Source: Fistulifera solaris
Taxonomy: Eukaryota
Direction: 5' to 3'
Length of the DNA stretch: 64,000 nt
NCBI GenBank assembly: GCA_030295235.1
Contig: AP026167.1
Location: 868,001 to 932,000, forward strand
Both the position numbers and the translations under genes were made by a program. Under the pieces are notes generated by a model. That model was not told the origin of the DNA. It was given only the letters and a program-made list of their open reading frames with translations, and did not search any database. The stretch's first letter is position 1. Each line of letters begins with the position of its first letter. Shown in pieces: positions 23,130 to 33,911 of this stretch.

Positions 23130-26100
23130 TTAGTCGTCACGACTATTTCCATTTTTCGTGAGAAGATTGCGGCAAGCTTGAATGTCGTGTTGGATTTTAC
23201 GTTCGAGTGAATCAGCATTTCTGTTCTCATCGACAGATAATAGGGTCTGCTGGGCCACTTTAAGAATGTCGAGCTGCGATTGAGGATCGTTTTGTTGATG
23301 ATAAACGCGGCTCATCTTGTACAAAAGAACAGTCTTCGATTGCGCTGACTGGCTAGTACTAGAGAGCTCGCTAGAATGGAGCTGATCAAATAAAATTTTG
23401 TACGTTCGCAAGGCCTTTTGAGCATTGCCGCTGTTGGCGTATGAGTCCGCAAGATTGTCGAGTGTCGTCAACAATGTACCATTCGATTTTCCCAAAACAC
23501 GTTCTTGAAGGTCGACCGCTTCTTGCAACACAAGGCATGCTTTTGCGTGCATATCACGATAACGGTATAAATAACCAAGATTGCAAAGTGTAGTCGCCAT
23601 ACCAAACAGGAGAGAGCTACTGTCAGATTCATGGCACGAAGCATTCCTCTGGACATCGAGCGCAGCTTCAAATGCCCGACGTGCTTCCCGATATTCGTTG
23701 AATTCCACATGTACGCACCCTATATTGTTATAAACCCGAGCTGTTGAAGGATGAAGCGGACCAAGAGCCCTTTGCGTATATCGAGGGCCTCCCGAAAAGC
23801 ATAAAGAGCTTGATCGAAGCGATGCATGAGCAATAGACAAATCCCAACCTTAACCATTGAAACCTAGCTCATATTGACAAGCGATACTGTGAGACACCGA
23901 AAAGATTTTACAGAAAAATCGAACTCGTGTACTTACGGCTACCAAAGGGTGCTCGCTGCCAAGAGAACCTTTCCTAATTCTAGCGGCCTCTTCAAATGTT
24001 GCCAAGGCATCGGCATGGCTACCGGCTCTAAGCTGGGATATACCGACATTATGAAGCGCCGACGCCACATCCGGATGGAGTGGACCGTGCTTATTTCGCT
24101 GACACTGCAGCACAACCTCGAAGAGATTCCAAGAATCTAGGGCCAAGTTGTTCTGACGTGAATGTGAGAATTAACCAAACGTTACGCCAAGCTGCTTATG
24201 CTCAACTCCGATCTTACCTTTAAAAGCCTTACCGCGTCAGCATGAATGGCGGCTAGATTGCTGATAGGGTTCGCAAGCATGCTGTCTAGTGATATTTCCC
24301 CTGGTTCCTCGATGGAAGATGGCCAATATCCACCGAGGGGGGCCACGCCATCGTCCATAAGCTCGTCGTCCAATGTTTCCTGCCTCCGATGATCGCGTGA
24401 TTCCTGGTCACTCTCAGTGTGTCCTCGAAAGCTATGTTGCGATGAAGGGTTATTAGTTGCATTGCCTTTGCGTTGTTCTTGAGAACTTTCTTTGAGCTGA
24501 TGGGCCGTGAGGAGATCTCGTGCCCTTTTCATCACGTCGTCACGATCGGTATTTCCAGTCGAAGCAACATCAATCCCGTTATCAAGCGAGTTGGGCGACG
24601 TGATTCTGTCAATGTCTTTCGTCCGAGTAGAAGATGCATGTTTCGGTGTTCCGTGCCGATACGGTCTTGTCACAAGCATAGCTGGTCGATGCGTTCCAAA
24701 CTCCAAACCTTCAAGAGTCATGCCTGCCTTTTGCAAAAGATTCGGATAGTGAATTCTTCCATGGCGACTTTTCTCGTCGCTGTCTCGCAGCATGAAGCTT
24801 TCCTCATCGTCGTACCCGAACCTTTGCTGCTCAGCAGTCTCATAATTTTTGTCAGTGTACAGGTGCTCACTTTCCGAGAAGGGCCCACCTATTGCGTCAA
24901 TACTGTTGTCGTGTGAACGATCTTTTATTGGTGACGTTTCGGGAACGAAAAAGGTTCGATTCGAATGCGTGCGTCTTTGTTAATCTCTCTTGATGATTGT
25001 TCAGTGATGGCCATGTATTTGGTACCGTTGTTGTCCTCCGCGCTTGACCGAAAATTTTGCAATTGCCGTCTACCTTGGTTTTTTGGATATTTGACAGCAT
25101 TATCGGCTTTAGGTTCATCGTTACAAGAAGTGTACGAGCCGTTTCGTACCACTTTCCCGAAGCGTTCGCTCCGTCTCAGTTCATCCGTGGATGAGTCCAA
25201 GCAACGCCCGTTTCTTGTATTCGTTATAAGGTCCATTTTTGAATAACCACTGGAGCTAAGCTGAGCTTCGCTTGCAAAGAAATCAGGGTGCCCATTTGGT
25301 CCCTTGGTCGCCGATGAAGGATTCGGCGTCGAAACCGATCGGGCCACGTCAATAAGTGACTCGATCTGTACGACAGTGGGGTCGTTCGGTCCTAAAATTT
25401 CTGACCGAATCTTAAAAGAGGCGTTGTTAGAAAGCTGCGCTCAAATCTATGGGCACACAAGAAAACGTACATTCAAGGATTCCTGAAAAATAGAGACTGC
25501 CTCCTTGGCTCGACCAACATGAGGTCCTTCCCTTCGGATCCATTCTAAACATAGACCCCCGATATTGAATAGCGTTTCCGCTAGTTCAAGTCGATGAACC
25601 CAAGATGTATTCTCCTGGACGATATGCCGCTGAATCTCCAACGCCTGTTCCAATTGTTGCTTTCCCTTTTCAAAATCATGCAAATGCATATGACAAACAC
25701 CAAGATTATTGTAGAGATTGGCCACAAGACCGTGTTTAGGACCGTAGCAGACAATTCGAATGCGTAACGCTTCCTGAAAAGTCACAACCGCATTTGTGTA
25801 TTGTCTACTTTGCAATAATAAAAAACCGATACGAACCAAGGAAACAGCGACGTTGGGATGATTCTTTCCCAAAGAGTCACGGGCCACACGCGCCGCAGCT
25901 TGGAAACATTCCAATGCCTGGGAGCGGCAGTGCTTTTGGGAGCGGGACTCTTCTTTGAGCAGCGCTGCTCGCTTGGCGTGAACCGTACCGAGATTATGAT
26001 ACGCACTCGCCACCGTCGGGTGAACACCACCATGTGCACGCTGTTGTATTTGAAGCACTTGCGTGAACGAAACTAGTGCTTGATCGTAGTCTCCACTTTT

Positions 26101-27264
26101 TACCTGTTCCATAGCGAGAGCATTGATTGTATCAAGATCATCTTTCGAATCCTTTTTCTCGGAAAAATTCGTCGACACTTTTCTTTGCGCGGAATCACGA
26201 ACATGACCGACAGCGGCAGCCGCAGCAGCCGCTTGTTGCGCGGCGCGACTGAGACCCGGCGATTCCGGTGATATGACAGCGGGTTTGGATGGTAAGAATC
26301 GTGCATTTACAGGAGTATGCCAATGACGAGCGGGCGTGTTTGTTGGCGGGGGAGTGGGCATGAGATCTGTTATCATGTGTAGAATGTCGTCATCTGACGC
26401 GGTCGACTCCACATCTGAGAACCGTGCAGGTTTGCTTTGAGTAGTGGGGACACGAGGCGAGCGGGAACCTATTGCCTGCACGGCATATGTAGCTTCCGGC
26501 GAAACTTGTATCGATTCTCGTGCCCGCGCATGTTTCAGTTTTGTTCTAGTCCGATCTATACTGCTACGCGAGGTTGTCGAAATGCCATCTGATGGATCAT
26601 CCCTCTGCCGCACTATTGAAGGATAGCCATACACGTAAGATGATCGTGTGGACGGTTCAAAAGAAGTTCGTATAAGGGGTGCTCCTGGCGATCGAAAGGG
26701 TTTCGTTGCATTTGTGGAGACCACGGCTTCCTTTCCACGCACACCTTCAGGTTCCGATTCTCCGTCATAAATTCCAGGCCTTAGTCTTCTGTGTTGATTT
26801 TTGGGAGATCGATTTGTTGGTACGGGTGGCATCAAGAGGGTTTCGACTGAATTCTGTGTGGGTTGTTGCTGCGATTGAAGAGACTCGGAAGAGACATTCG
26901 GCAGATCCATAGTGGAAGTCGGAGACTGATTATGCAAGTATTTGGGATAGTGATTCCATTTCGTTTGCTGCCATGCAAGAAGAGGCGCTTGATCACTGAG
27001 TAATGACTGCGAATCGTCCGATTGATCCGAGCTACTGACACTTCGTCGAGCCGAGGTGTTCTTTCTCAGCCTTGTTGATTGTGAACTTCCACTGAAAGAT
27101 ACAGAAGGCTTCTTTGGAAGCCGTAACACAAGACAAGATCGTCCTTCAGTTTCCTCCCGAATACTCGTGGGCGTAAAATTAGCAGCAACAGAGTTTTCCC
27201 GCCGGGACGAGTTCTGTTGCATTCGCCCGACCATATTGTTTGTTGTGTAGCTACTCGACAACAA
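23130..27264 (-). CDS. Large multi-exon TPR protein (kinesin-light-chain-like TPR clusters)
   Basis: Two TPR clusters with HPTVASAYHNLG, HPNVAVSL, HPDVASALHNVG, HPSTARVYNNIG motifs separated by S-rich linker; GT-AG intron near 25411-25470; further introns/frameshifts not fully resolved. Confidence 0.85.
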
Positions 27265-27965
27265 TTCAAGTTTCGCCAGACGATTTCCGTGCTCTATTCT
27301 GATAATTTGACGTTTGCGCTCTCCTTCCGTGAATCAATAAGGAGGAAAAATGCACAAGAACATCAAAATCACTTTAAAAAAGGTTGATGTTCATTATTTT
27401 AAATGCCTTCCGTCGACCTTGTCGTTGAGTGCCTTTTTCTTTCTTTTCGTTGGGTTTTGGTGTTGGCTCTTAACAGTATGCTGCGGAACCTGACAAATTC
27501 TCGTTCGGTACCAGAATTGTTCTAATCGATATCACGATGAGTTTCTGGTATATGACTCGAAAGAAACATTTACGGTAACCTAATCCGGTCACTTAGACGC
27601 CAGAAACCGTTGAAAAAAAGCTTGACAAGTGCCGGTACACTGCAGAAGAATCGTTTCAATACCGGTTCGATTCCGGAAGCGTTTCGGAAACCGACGACGA
27701 AAGTTCCCAAATGCTAAGGAGCCGAAAAACGCCGTCAATACAAATTATAGGAAATCATCCTCCGCAACTACATTTTAGAAATGCTACTTATGATCAATCA
27801 TATTTGAATCATTTAGCGTATCGAAAAAATGGAAAGTCCGGTATGGTGTTCATATCAATTGGTTGTTCCGTGTCTATAACATTTTTTCTTCTACAAACTT
27901 ATGCAAACGTGAAAGATCGTCACTTGAGCATACTTTGTACGCTGATTGCGTCATAAAGAGTGTAA

Positions 27966-28799
27966 TCACATTTCTGGGTGCAGTATTGGATTTTCGGCTT
28001 CTCCTTGTTCATCCGTCAAAACGAGTTCCTCCAAAAGATTGTGCCAGTGATCATCTTCCAACTTCCCCACCAAGGAATATTTGTCATGCAAATGAAAGAA
28101 ACTGAGCCATCGTTTTCCCTCTTTCTGTTGTTTTTCCGTCAATGTGTCTATGGGTTGATCTAGACACTCGACTGTTTTGCACCCCGTACTTAAACTATAT
28201 GTCACATCATGCCCCGCAAAATGTTCGTACGCTCCCGAAGGACCGTAGAATTTGTGCCCCAAAGATACATCGTAGACCCGACCGTACAACGCTAAAAGAA
28301 TTGGTCGTCCTTCTTGCCCGTCACCGAATTCTACGAGTTCGTCCATTGTAAATGTCGGTAAGTCTTGAGTGTTCTCTGGAGTCTCACTTCCATCCAGGAG
28401 ACGTAAGTCTTGTAAAGGATCATCCTTTTGTAGAAGGATTTGCAACATGAGACCTTTTGTATTCGCCATGCGGCGTTTCTTGGCCTTATAACGACCCAAA
28501 TCACGAACGAGACCCATGACGATATTGTCGACTTGCCGAGGAGCCATCAATTGAATCACCCCGATCGATGCTGCTCCTATTAGAATCGGCCAGATGACTG
28601 GGGGCATCGTTAGAGAGCGTAATGTGTTTTGCCAGGTGATATTATAGTGACTAGGTAGGTCCAATAAGAAAAGCCAGCGATGTAAATAAATCATTACCGG
28701 TACCAGTATGGGGGCACGGGTCGTAAAAAACACAATCAAAAATACGGAGGCACACGCAAATAAATAGCCGGACTTTTTCTCGCGCTTCGATCGAGACAC
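27966..28799 (-). CDS. Cytochrome b5-like heme/steroid-binding (MAPR-type) membrane protein
   Basis: FTMDELVEFGDG, ILLALYGRVYDVS, FYGPSGAYEHFAGHDVT, KYSLVGKL; N-terminal hydrophobic segments; start uncertain (GTG). Confidence 0.9.
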   Translation of the reverse strand: MSRSKREKKSGYLFACASVFLIVFFTTRAPILVPVMIYLHRWLFLLDLPSHYNITWQNTLRSLTMPPVIWPILIGAASIGVIQLMAPRQVDNIVMGLVRDLGRYKAKKRRMANTKGLMLQILLQKDDPLQDLRLLDGSETPENTQDLPTFTMDELVEFGDGQEGRPILLALYGRVYDVSLGHKFYGPSGAYEHFAGHDVTYSLSTGCKTVECLDQPIDTLTEKQQKEGKRWLSFFHLHDKYSLVGKLEDDHWHNLLEELVLTDEQGEAENPILHPEM

Positions 28800-28949
28800 G
28801 ATTGATATCAGTCACGGTTTGTTTCCTTCTATACTTCTAATACTTTGTAGTTATCAAAACATGGCTTTTTTTTAAAAAAAATTTCAAATACTTCCGTAAC
28901 GATACTCTTATAACCTCCACAGCAATCATGTAACACAACACAAGAGATC

Positions 28950-29498
28950 TCAATCAAAGATACCCGTCCTCGGCTTGACAGCTGAGGGAGTCTCCTCATC
29001 GAAACAACCTTTCAAAAAGTGTTCCCAACTAATCCATTCCCTCGTCTCAGTATAATACTCCTCCGGTCGTTTTGGAATATATGGAGTTCTCAAATTCCCA
29101 TTCGCTACCAGATCGTCATATTCTTCGGCCGTGTCGCACCCTAAATTCGCTTGCACCCACCGTCGGGCATCTTCGTACGGCAACTTACGAGGCTTTCGTT
29201 TCAAGAAGGACTGTGTGTTAGCACTTTCCAGTTGTTCTCTTGCTTTTTCAATTTGGATTGCATTGTGTCGATCTAAGAGGTGTTTTTGCATCTGTTGATG
29301 ATCATTTTCTTCGTCGTCATTGTTGTATACGTCGTCGGATGGGTGAGAAGAAGATGTCAACAATAAGAGGGATGTAGCCGCTCGCCGAGAAGAATACGAA
29401 ACGAGAACAGTCGGATTACATTGAAACGCGTTGACTGGTGTCCAAAATGTGCAGTGACAGAGAATATAGAGCGTCAAGAATTGACATTGAAAAATCAT
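28950..29498 (-). CDS. Probable plastid-targeted protein with one Trp-rich repeat (integrase-repeat-like)
   Basis: Signal peptide ending VNA|F (ASAF-like); LPYEDARRWVQ...YIPKRPEEYY...WISWEHFL. Confidence 0.75.
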   Translation of the reverse strand: MIFQCQFLTLYILCHCTFWTPVNAFQCNPTVLVSYSSRRAATSLLLLTSSSHPSDDVYNNDDEENDHQQMQKHLLDRHNAIQIEKAREQLESANTQSFLKRKPRKLPYEDARRWVQANLGCDTAEEYDDLVANGNLRTPYIPKRPEEYYTETREWISWEHFLKGCFDEETPSAVKPRTGIFD

Positions 29499-30106
29499 CC
29501 TGATGATGCAAATGGGGTTGCTTTTACTCTCGTGTTTACTTGAGCCTAAGGATTGTTATAAGACTATCTGGAAAGAATGATGAAGAAGTTCTCAGCTTGA
29601 ACAGTTCTGATGGGCATTGGCATTCCCTCGAGCAGAGGTGAGAGAACTCACGAATGTTTCGCTTTTGTCTCACCGTCGCAGAATGCAGAATTTTTTCATC
29701 GCCGACGAGAAACAATCCGTGACTCGAACAAATCCCCGAAAAAATATCATCGCGAACCCGAAAACAACCAGATCAAGCGAAACAATGAGCCATGCAAATG
29801 CTACTGAAGACTATTGCATTATAGAAAGACAATTATAGCTTAACAAGCTTGAAGAAGGAACGATGGTTTGTTTGCAGTCTGGCTCGGAAGTCGGAAGATA
29901 GTCGATTCATGACTGAAATGCAGTCATGATTCCTGGAAACCACCTTCACTTTGAATCTATAGTAAATCCTCAGGACAACGCCCGCCGCGCTTTTTGATTT
30001 ATCTAGAGAGTACCAGGTAGAGAGAGACGCGTTAAATAAATCTGATGGTGATTATTTTTATGATTTTATTGCATTGCGTAACTTTGTATTTCTTCCTTTG
30101 CAAAAG

Positions 30107-30931
30107 ATGATCATGCATAACAAAATCCTTTTTCGGTTACTTTATCTAATCGAGTTTGTGGCTTTCATCTCTGTTTCCTTCGCATCGTCATCCGTAAAGA
30201 CGTCGTCTCCGGTGACGAATTGGGAGACATCCTTTGCAGCTTCTTCACTTCAAGGGACCGTAATTGCCATTTCCTGCAAAACTGAACAAGAAGACGATAT
30301 CAAGAGCGACAATGCTTTAATGATTCTTCTTCAAAATCCCTCTAATTCGGTGCCCTCCTTTACGGTGCTGGATCGCGCTTTTGTGGCTTGGACGGGGTTT
30401 GCTGTAGACGTCGAATGCTTAACGAATGAGCTTTTGCAGTTCACGGATGATCACATTTCCATTTACAATCAAGGACCGAAAAATGTTGCTACGTTCTTGG
30501 CGTCACGTATTCGCAAAGAAGCTTTCTATCGATCCGGACGACCGTACGCTGTACAAACGTTGGTAGTGCAACACCAACGTGTCTGGACCATCGATCCTTC
30601 TGGCTCTTGTATCTTGTGGAATTCGGGTGCAACGGCAATGGGAAGAGAAGCAGTAGCTGTAAGGAAGCAGCTTCATAAGGCGCTACAAGCGCATACGACG
30701 GTTCCTTCGGTAACACAAGCGCTTCGCATCGCGCTCGAAGCATTGTCGAAGAGTACATCGACAAAAGAAATTGATTTGCCTCGAGTGTTTTTGTTGACCG
30801 AAACCAAAGAACAGTCAACTGAGTCCAATTTCCTACGTATTGAAACTATGAACGACGACATAGTTCGAGAACAGTTACAGACAATTTCTCGAGAGAGCGA
30901 CGACGACGACGACAACAACAAGAACAATTGA
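30107..30931 (+). CDS. Divergent 20S proteasome alpha-subunit-like protein with N-terminal signal peptide
   Basis: GTVIAI, WTGFAVD, SGRPYAVQTLV, WTIDPSG, ATAMGR parallel alpha-subunit motifs (SGLxAD, GRPFGV, TDPSG, ATAIG); hydrophobic N-terminus then S/T-rich stretch. Confidence 0.75.
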   Translation: MIMHNKILFRLLYLIEFVAFISVSFASSSVKTSSPVTNWETSFAASSLQGTVIAISCKTEQEDDIKSDNALMILLQNPSNSVPSFTVLDRAFVAWTGFAVDVECLTNELLQFTDDHISIYNQGPKNVATFLASRIRKEAFYRSGRPYAVQTLVVQHQRVWTIDPSGSCILWNSGATAMGREAVAVRKQLHKALQAHTTVPSVTQALRIALEALSKSTSTKEIDLPRVFLLTETKEQSTESNFLRIETMNDDIVREQLQTISRESDDDDDNNKNN

Positions 30932-31057
30932 AAGAACGCTAGCAAGGTGTAAGCAGGTACACTCTCTACTTTTCAGACGCTTGTATTTTCCTACCTCAAT
31001 CGCATTTCCCGATGCGAATAATGCTTCAAGTTGCTTACTACATATGTGGATTTCTAT

Positions 31058-32608
31058 TTAGAATTGGTCCAGACATTGCGGGCATTTGCCAACACAATTG
31101 TGCCACGCACAGCGTTCTTCCCAAGGAATGGGATCGCTATCTTTGCAATTCGCTGGACAAGTTTCGTCGGTGACACACTCGGTGCACTGTGCGCACGAAT
31201 CCCAGCCGCATTTAATCTCCCATTGTTCTTCAGATGCTCTGCACCAGTCGCGACAAAGACCGTACTTCGACATCAAGAAAGGATCGAATTTCACAAACTT
31301 TTTCGTGTTGGGCCAGTCTTTCCAGTCAACGGTGATAGGCGTTCGGAAGTGGCACAAATGGACGACGTAGAAGTCGCGCAATACACTCATGGTAAAGCCG
31401 GCACGATGGAGTTCTCGGTACCACGATTCTTTGTCGTATCCATAACCCCGGAATTCAGTCCAGAAGCGAGGCACGGCTGACAGGTATCCAATTACGTAAG
31501 GCTCGTATTGCTCTTGCCATTCGATGGGATAATCAGTCGATTCGGTGAAGGTGTACCACTTTTCGGCGTTACTCGCACCCTGATTGAGCACATGATCATC
31601 GGAGTAAATAACCCATGCCGTCTTTTCCCCTACCATTCGAACAAGGTCTTCCTTCGACTCGGGTAAATCGCTCTCCGAAGCTTCGATTTCCGGTGCTGCA
31701 CTCACGCCGCCAGGGCACACTTCGAAGGCAGGTAAAACGAAAAGATGTCGGTTGTGACTCATCGCGCGGAGCATGTCGGGATGATTCTTGAACAACTCAC
31801 GCGATTTGGCGAAGGAATCCGGAGGAACAATGAGGTCCACGTCGAGCAACAAGAAGTAATCTGAGCCGATATTCTCCAAACCGAGATTGCGCAATGCATT
31901 GTAGAGATAGGTCCACTGCATGGTGGGCTCCGGATATGGCGAAAAATCAACAATTTTCTCCATGAGGATGTGCACGTTGCATTCTTGTAGAAACGACGCA
32001 ATGGTGTGATTGGCAAGCCAGTCTCCAATCAACTCGACATCTTTGGCGCTCTGTATGTAGAGTGCAATGGAACCAGGTCCATTCCATTTGCGCAAATTGG
32101 TTATCAAGTGCGACAACTTGTTGTGATTTGCCGACGCGTGCATGGTGATGACGACTTGTTGAGTATCCTCCACTTCAACCTCCCGTGCAATAAAATTGAC
32201 AAACGACTTCGCCCGCGGCGTAGAGCTGTTCAACGAAAGTGCGTGAGCTTCCAAGTCTATCCACTGCTCCATTAGCTGCTCTTTATAAGAACGTCTTTTC
32301 GTCGTTTCTCCGCGAGGGCGAAACATTGAACGACCTTCCAACGCACTCAAACGCAAGATTATTATATCGCATAGAATAATCGTAAACGCCGCTAAGAATA
32401 GCAACTTCAACGTCGTTAACCTTCGTTTCGGCGAACCCTTCAAGTTTTGTAGCGATTGTCCTTTCTGGGAGACAGGGTCGAGAGATATCAGAAGCTCCGT
32501 CTCGTCCAAGCTTTCCGTTTCCGTACAAGAGAATGTTTCATCATCGTGAACTTCCTCGACACTTTTCGGTGTGCGAGAAACAGGCGAGCTAGTCTGGTTT
32601 AAACTCAT
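31058..32608 (-). CDS. GT49 (LARGE/B4GAT1-like) type II membrane glycosyltransferase with Cys/Trp-rich tail
   Basis: Single TM; WNGPGSIALY, YNALRNLG, LLLDVDL (DXD), FVLPAFE, QYEPYVI, FRGYGYDK, FYVVHL. Confidence 0.88.
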   Translation of the reverse strand: MSLNQTSSPVSRTPKSVEEVHDDETFSCTETESLDETELLISLDPVSQKGQSLQNLKGSPKRRLTTLKLLFLAAFTIILCDIIILRLSALEGRSMFRPRGETTKRRSYKEQLMEQWIDLEAHALSLNSSTPRAKSFVNFIAREVEVEDTQQVVITMHASANHNKLSHLITNLRKWNGPGSIALYIQSAKDVELIGDWLANHTIASFLQECNVHILMEKIVDFSPYPEPTMQWTYLYNALRNLGLENIGSDYFLLLDVDLIVPPDSFAKSRELFKNHPDMLRAMSHNRHLFVLPAFEVCPGGVSAAPEIEASESDLPESKEDLVRMVGEKTAWVIYSDDHVLNQGASNAEKWYTFTESTDYPIEWQEQYEPYVIGYLSAVPRFWTEFRGYGYDKESWYRELHRAGFTMSVLRDFYVVHLCHFRTPITVDWKDWPNTKKFVKFDPFLMSKYGLCRDWCRASEEQWEIKCGWDSCAQCTECVTDETCPANCKDSDPIPWEERCAWHNCVGKCPQCLDQF

Positions 32609-33911
32609 CGAGGAACACGCGCTTATTGATCTTGTATGATAAAGGTTGAAACCTTCTTGTTAAAGAGATTGAATTGTTGAATGCAGGTGTAGGAAGAGGA
32701 GGAAGAATTTTGATAATGATGTACAAACAACAATTTACAATAAACAAAAGACGACTGGCACCTCGCATTGGTACATTTCTGTACATACGGGGACCCGCAC
32801 CCGCACCTTCCAGAGGACCTTGGAACGTTGAACGATGACGAGCAACGAGCAACGAGCAACTCCAAGTGGCATAAATAAAAATGAGCGCTTTCCAATTTCC
32901 AATTGCCCCGCTTACTTCCCTACAGAAACGAACGAATGTTAAATCACTTATAACTTATAACCCAGAGTGTTTTTGAGACAGTACTGCGATTTTCAACCTT
33001 AAGTATCATTGTTCACTGTTCACTCAGTTTCCAGTAAGATTTAGTAAGGTTTTTCGTTTGAAAAATCGAAAACAGAAACTAGCTTCCTCCATCCACTACT
33101 AATAGTTTAGTTTGAAACACTTTATACCTTGCTTTATACACTTCGGACCTAGGCAAAGGGATGCATTTCAAAAGCACTACCCGTTACCAGTACGATGAGT
33201 CGATGCGATAGGCAATGAAATGCGAGGAAAGTCAAACATTATTTGTGTAGCTCCATGTTGGATGCAGCTCTACCAGTATTTTAGGCAATGGATAAACGCA
33301 GGGTGGAGAAGTATGGTTGACAATCGGTGTCGGCTTTTTTAAAAATTTCCAGCATGGCGTCTCATCCTTCGAAAATGTTTTCAACGGTTGGACGGAAACG
33401 GCGATGATGATACCGCTGATAATCTCAAGCAATAAAGCTATTGGTAATTCTAGTCTGAAGACGTAATTGCTGCCCTTTCCGAAAAGACGAAGAAGATGCT
33501 TTGCCGTTCGCTTCACAGAAGGAAAAAATCACGAACCTTCATCACTGCTCAATGTCCATACATCATCACCGTCTAAAGATTGATAGATCGAGGAGCGGAA
33601 AGTTTTGCTGCAACGCTCAGCACCACAAAACAACAATATTTCAGAGGAAGCGACTCTTTTGCTGGACGAGAAGAATCTGCCGTGACTATTTCGCCTCGCT
33701 TTCCATTCGATCAAATTATTTGTCAACTTTGATCCTCATGGCGCCGCAACAATGAACTAATGAACGTTTTCGAAAGGTTGTAGGTACGTCACCGAATTAT
33801 TATTATTATTTACTCAATCGGTTCCTTGTTACCGATCACGTCTAATCCTCCGAACATTTTCAATTCTTGGCTTTATACCACGTAGGCATTGCTATTTCAA
33901 ATTGTATTATT

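Noticed and set aside
33232..33755. Short ORFs between the GT49 paralogs
   Set aside because: No recognisable motifs or consistent frame
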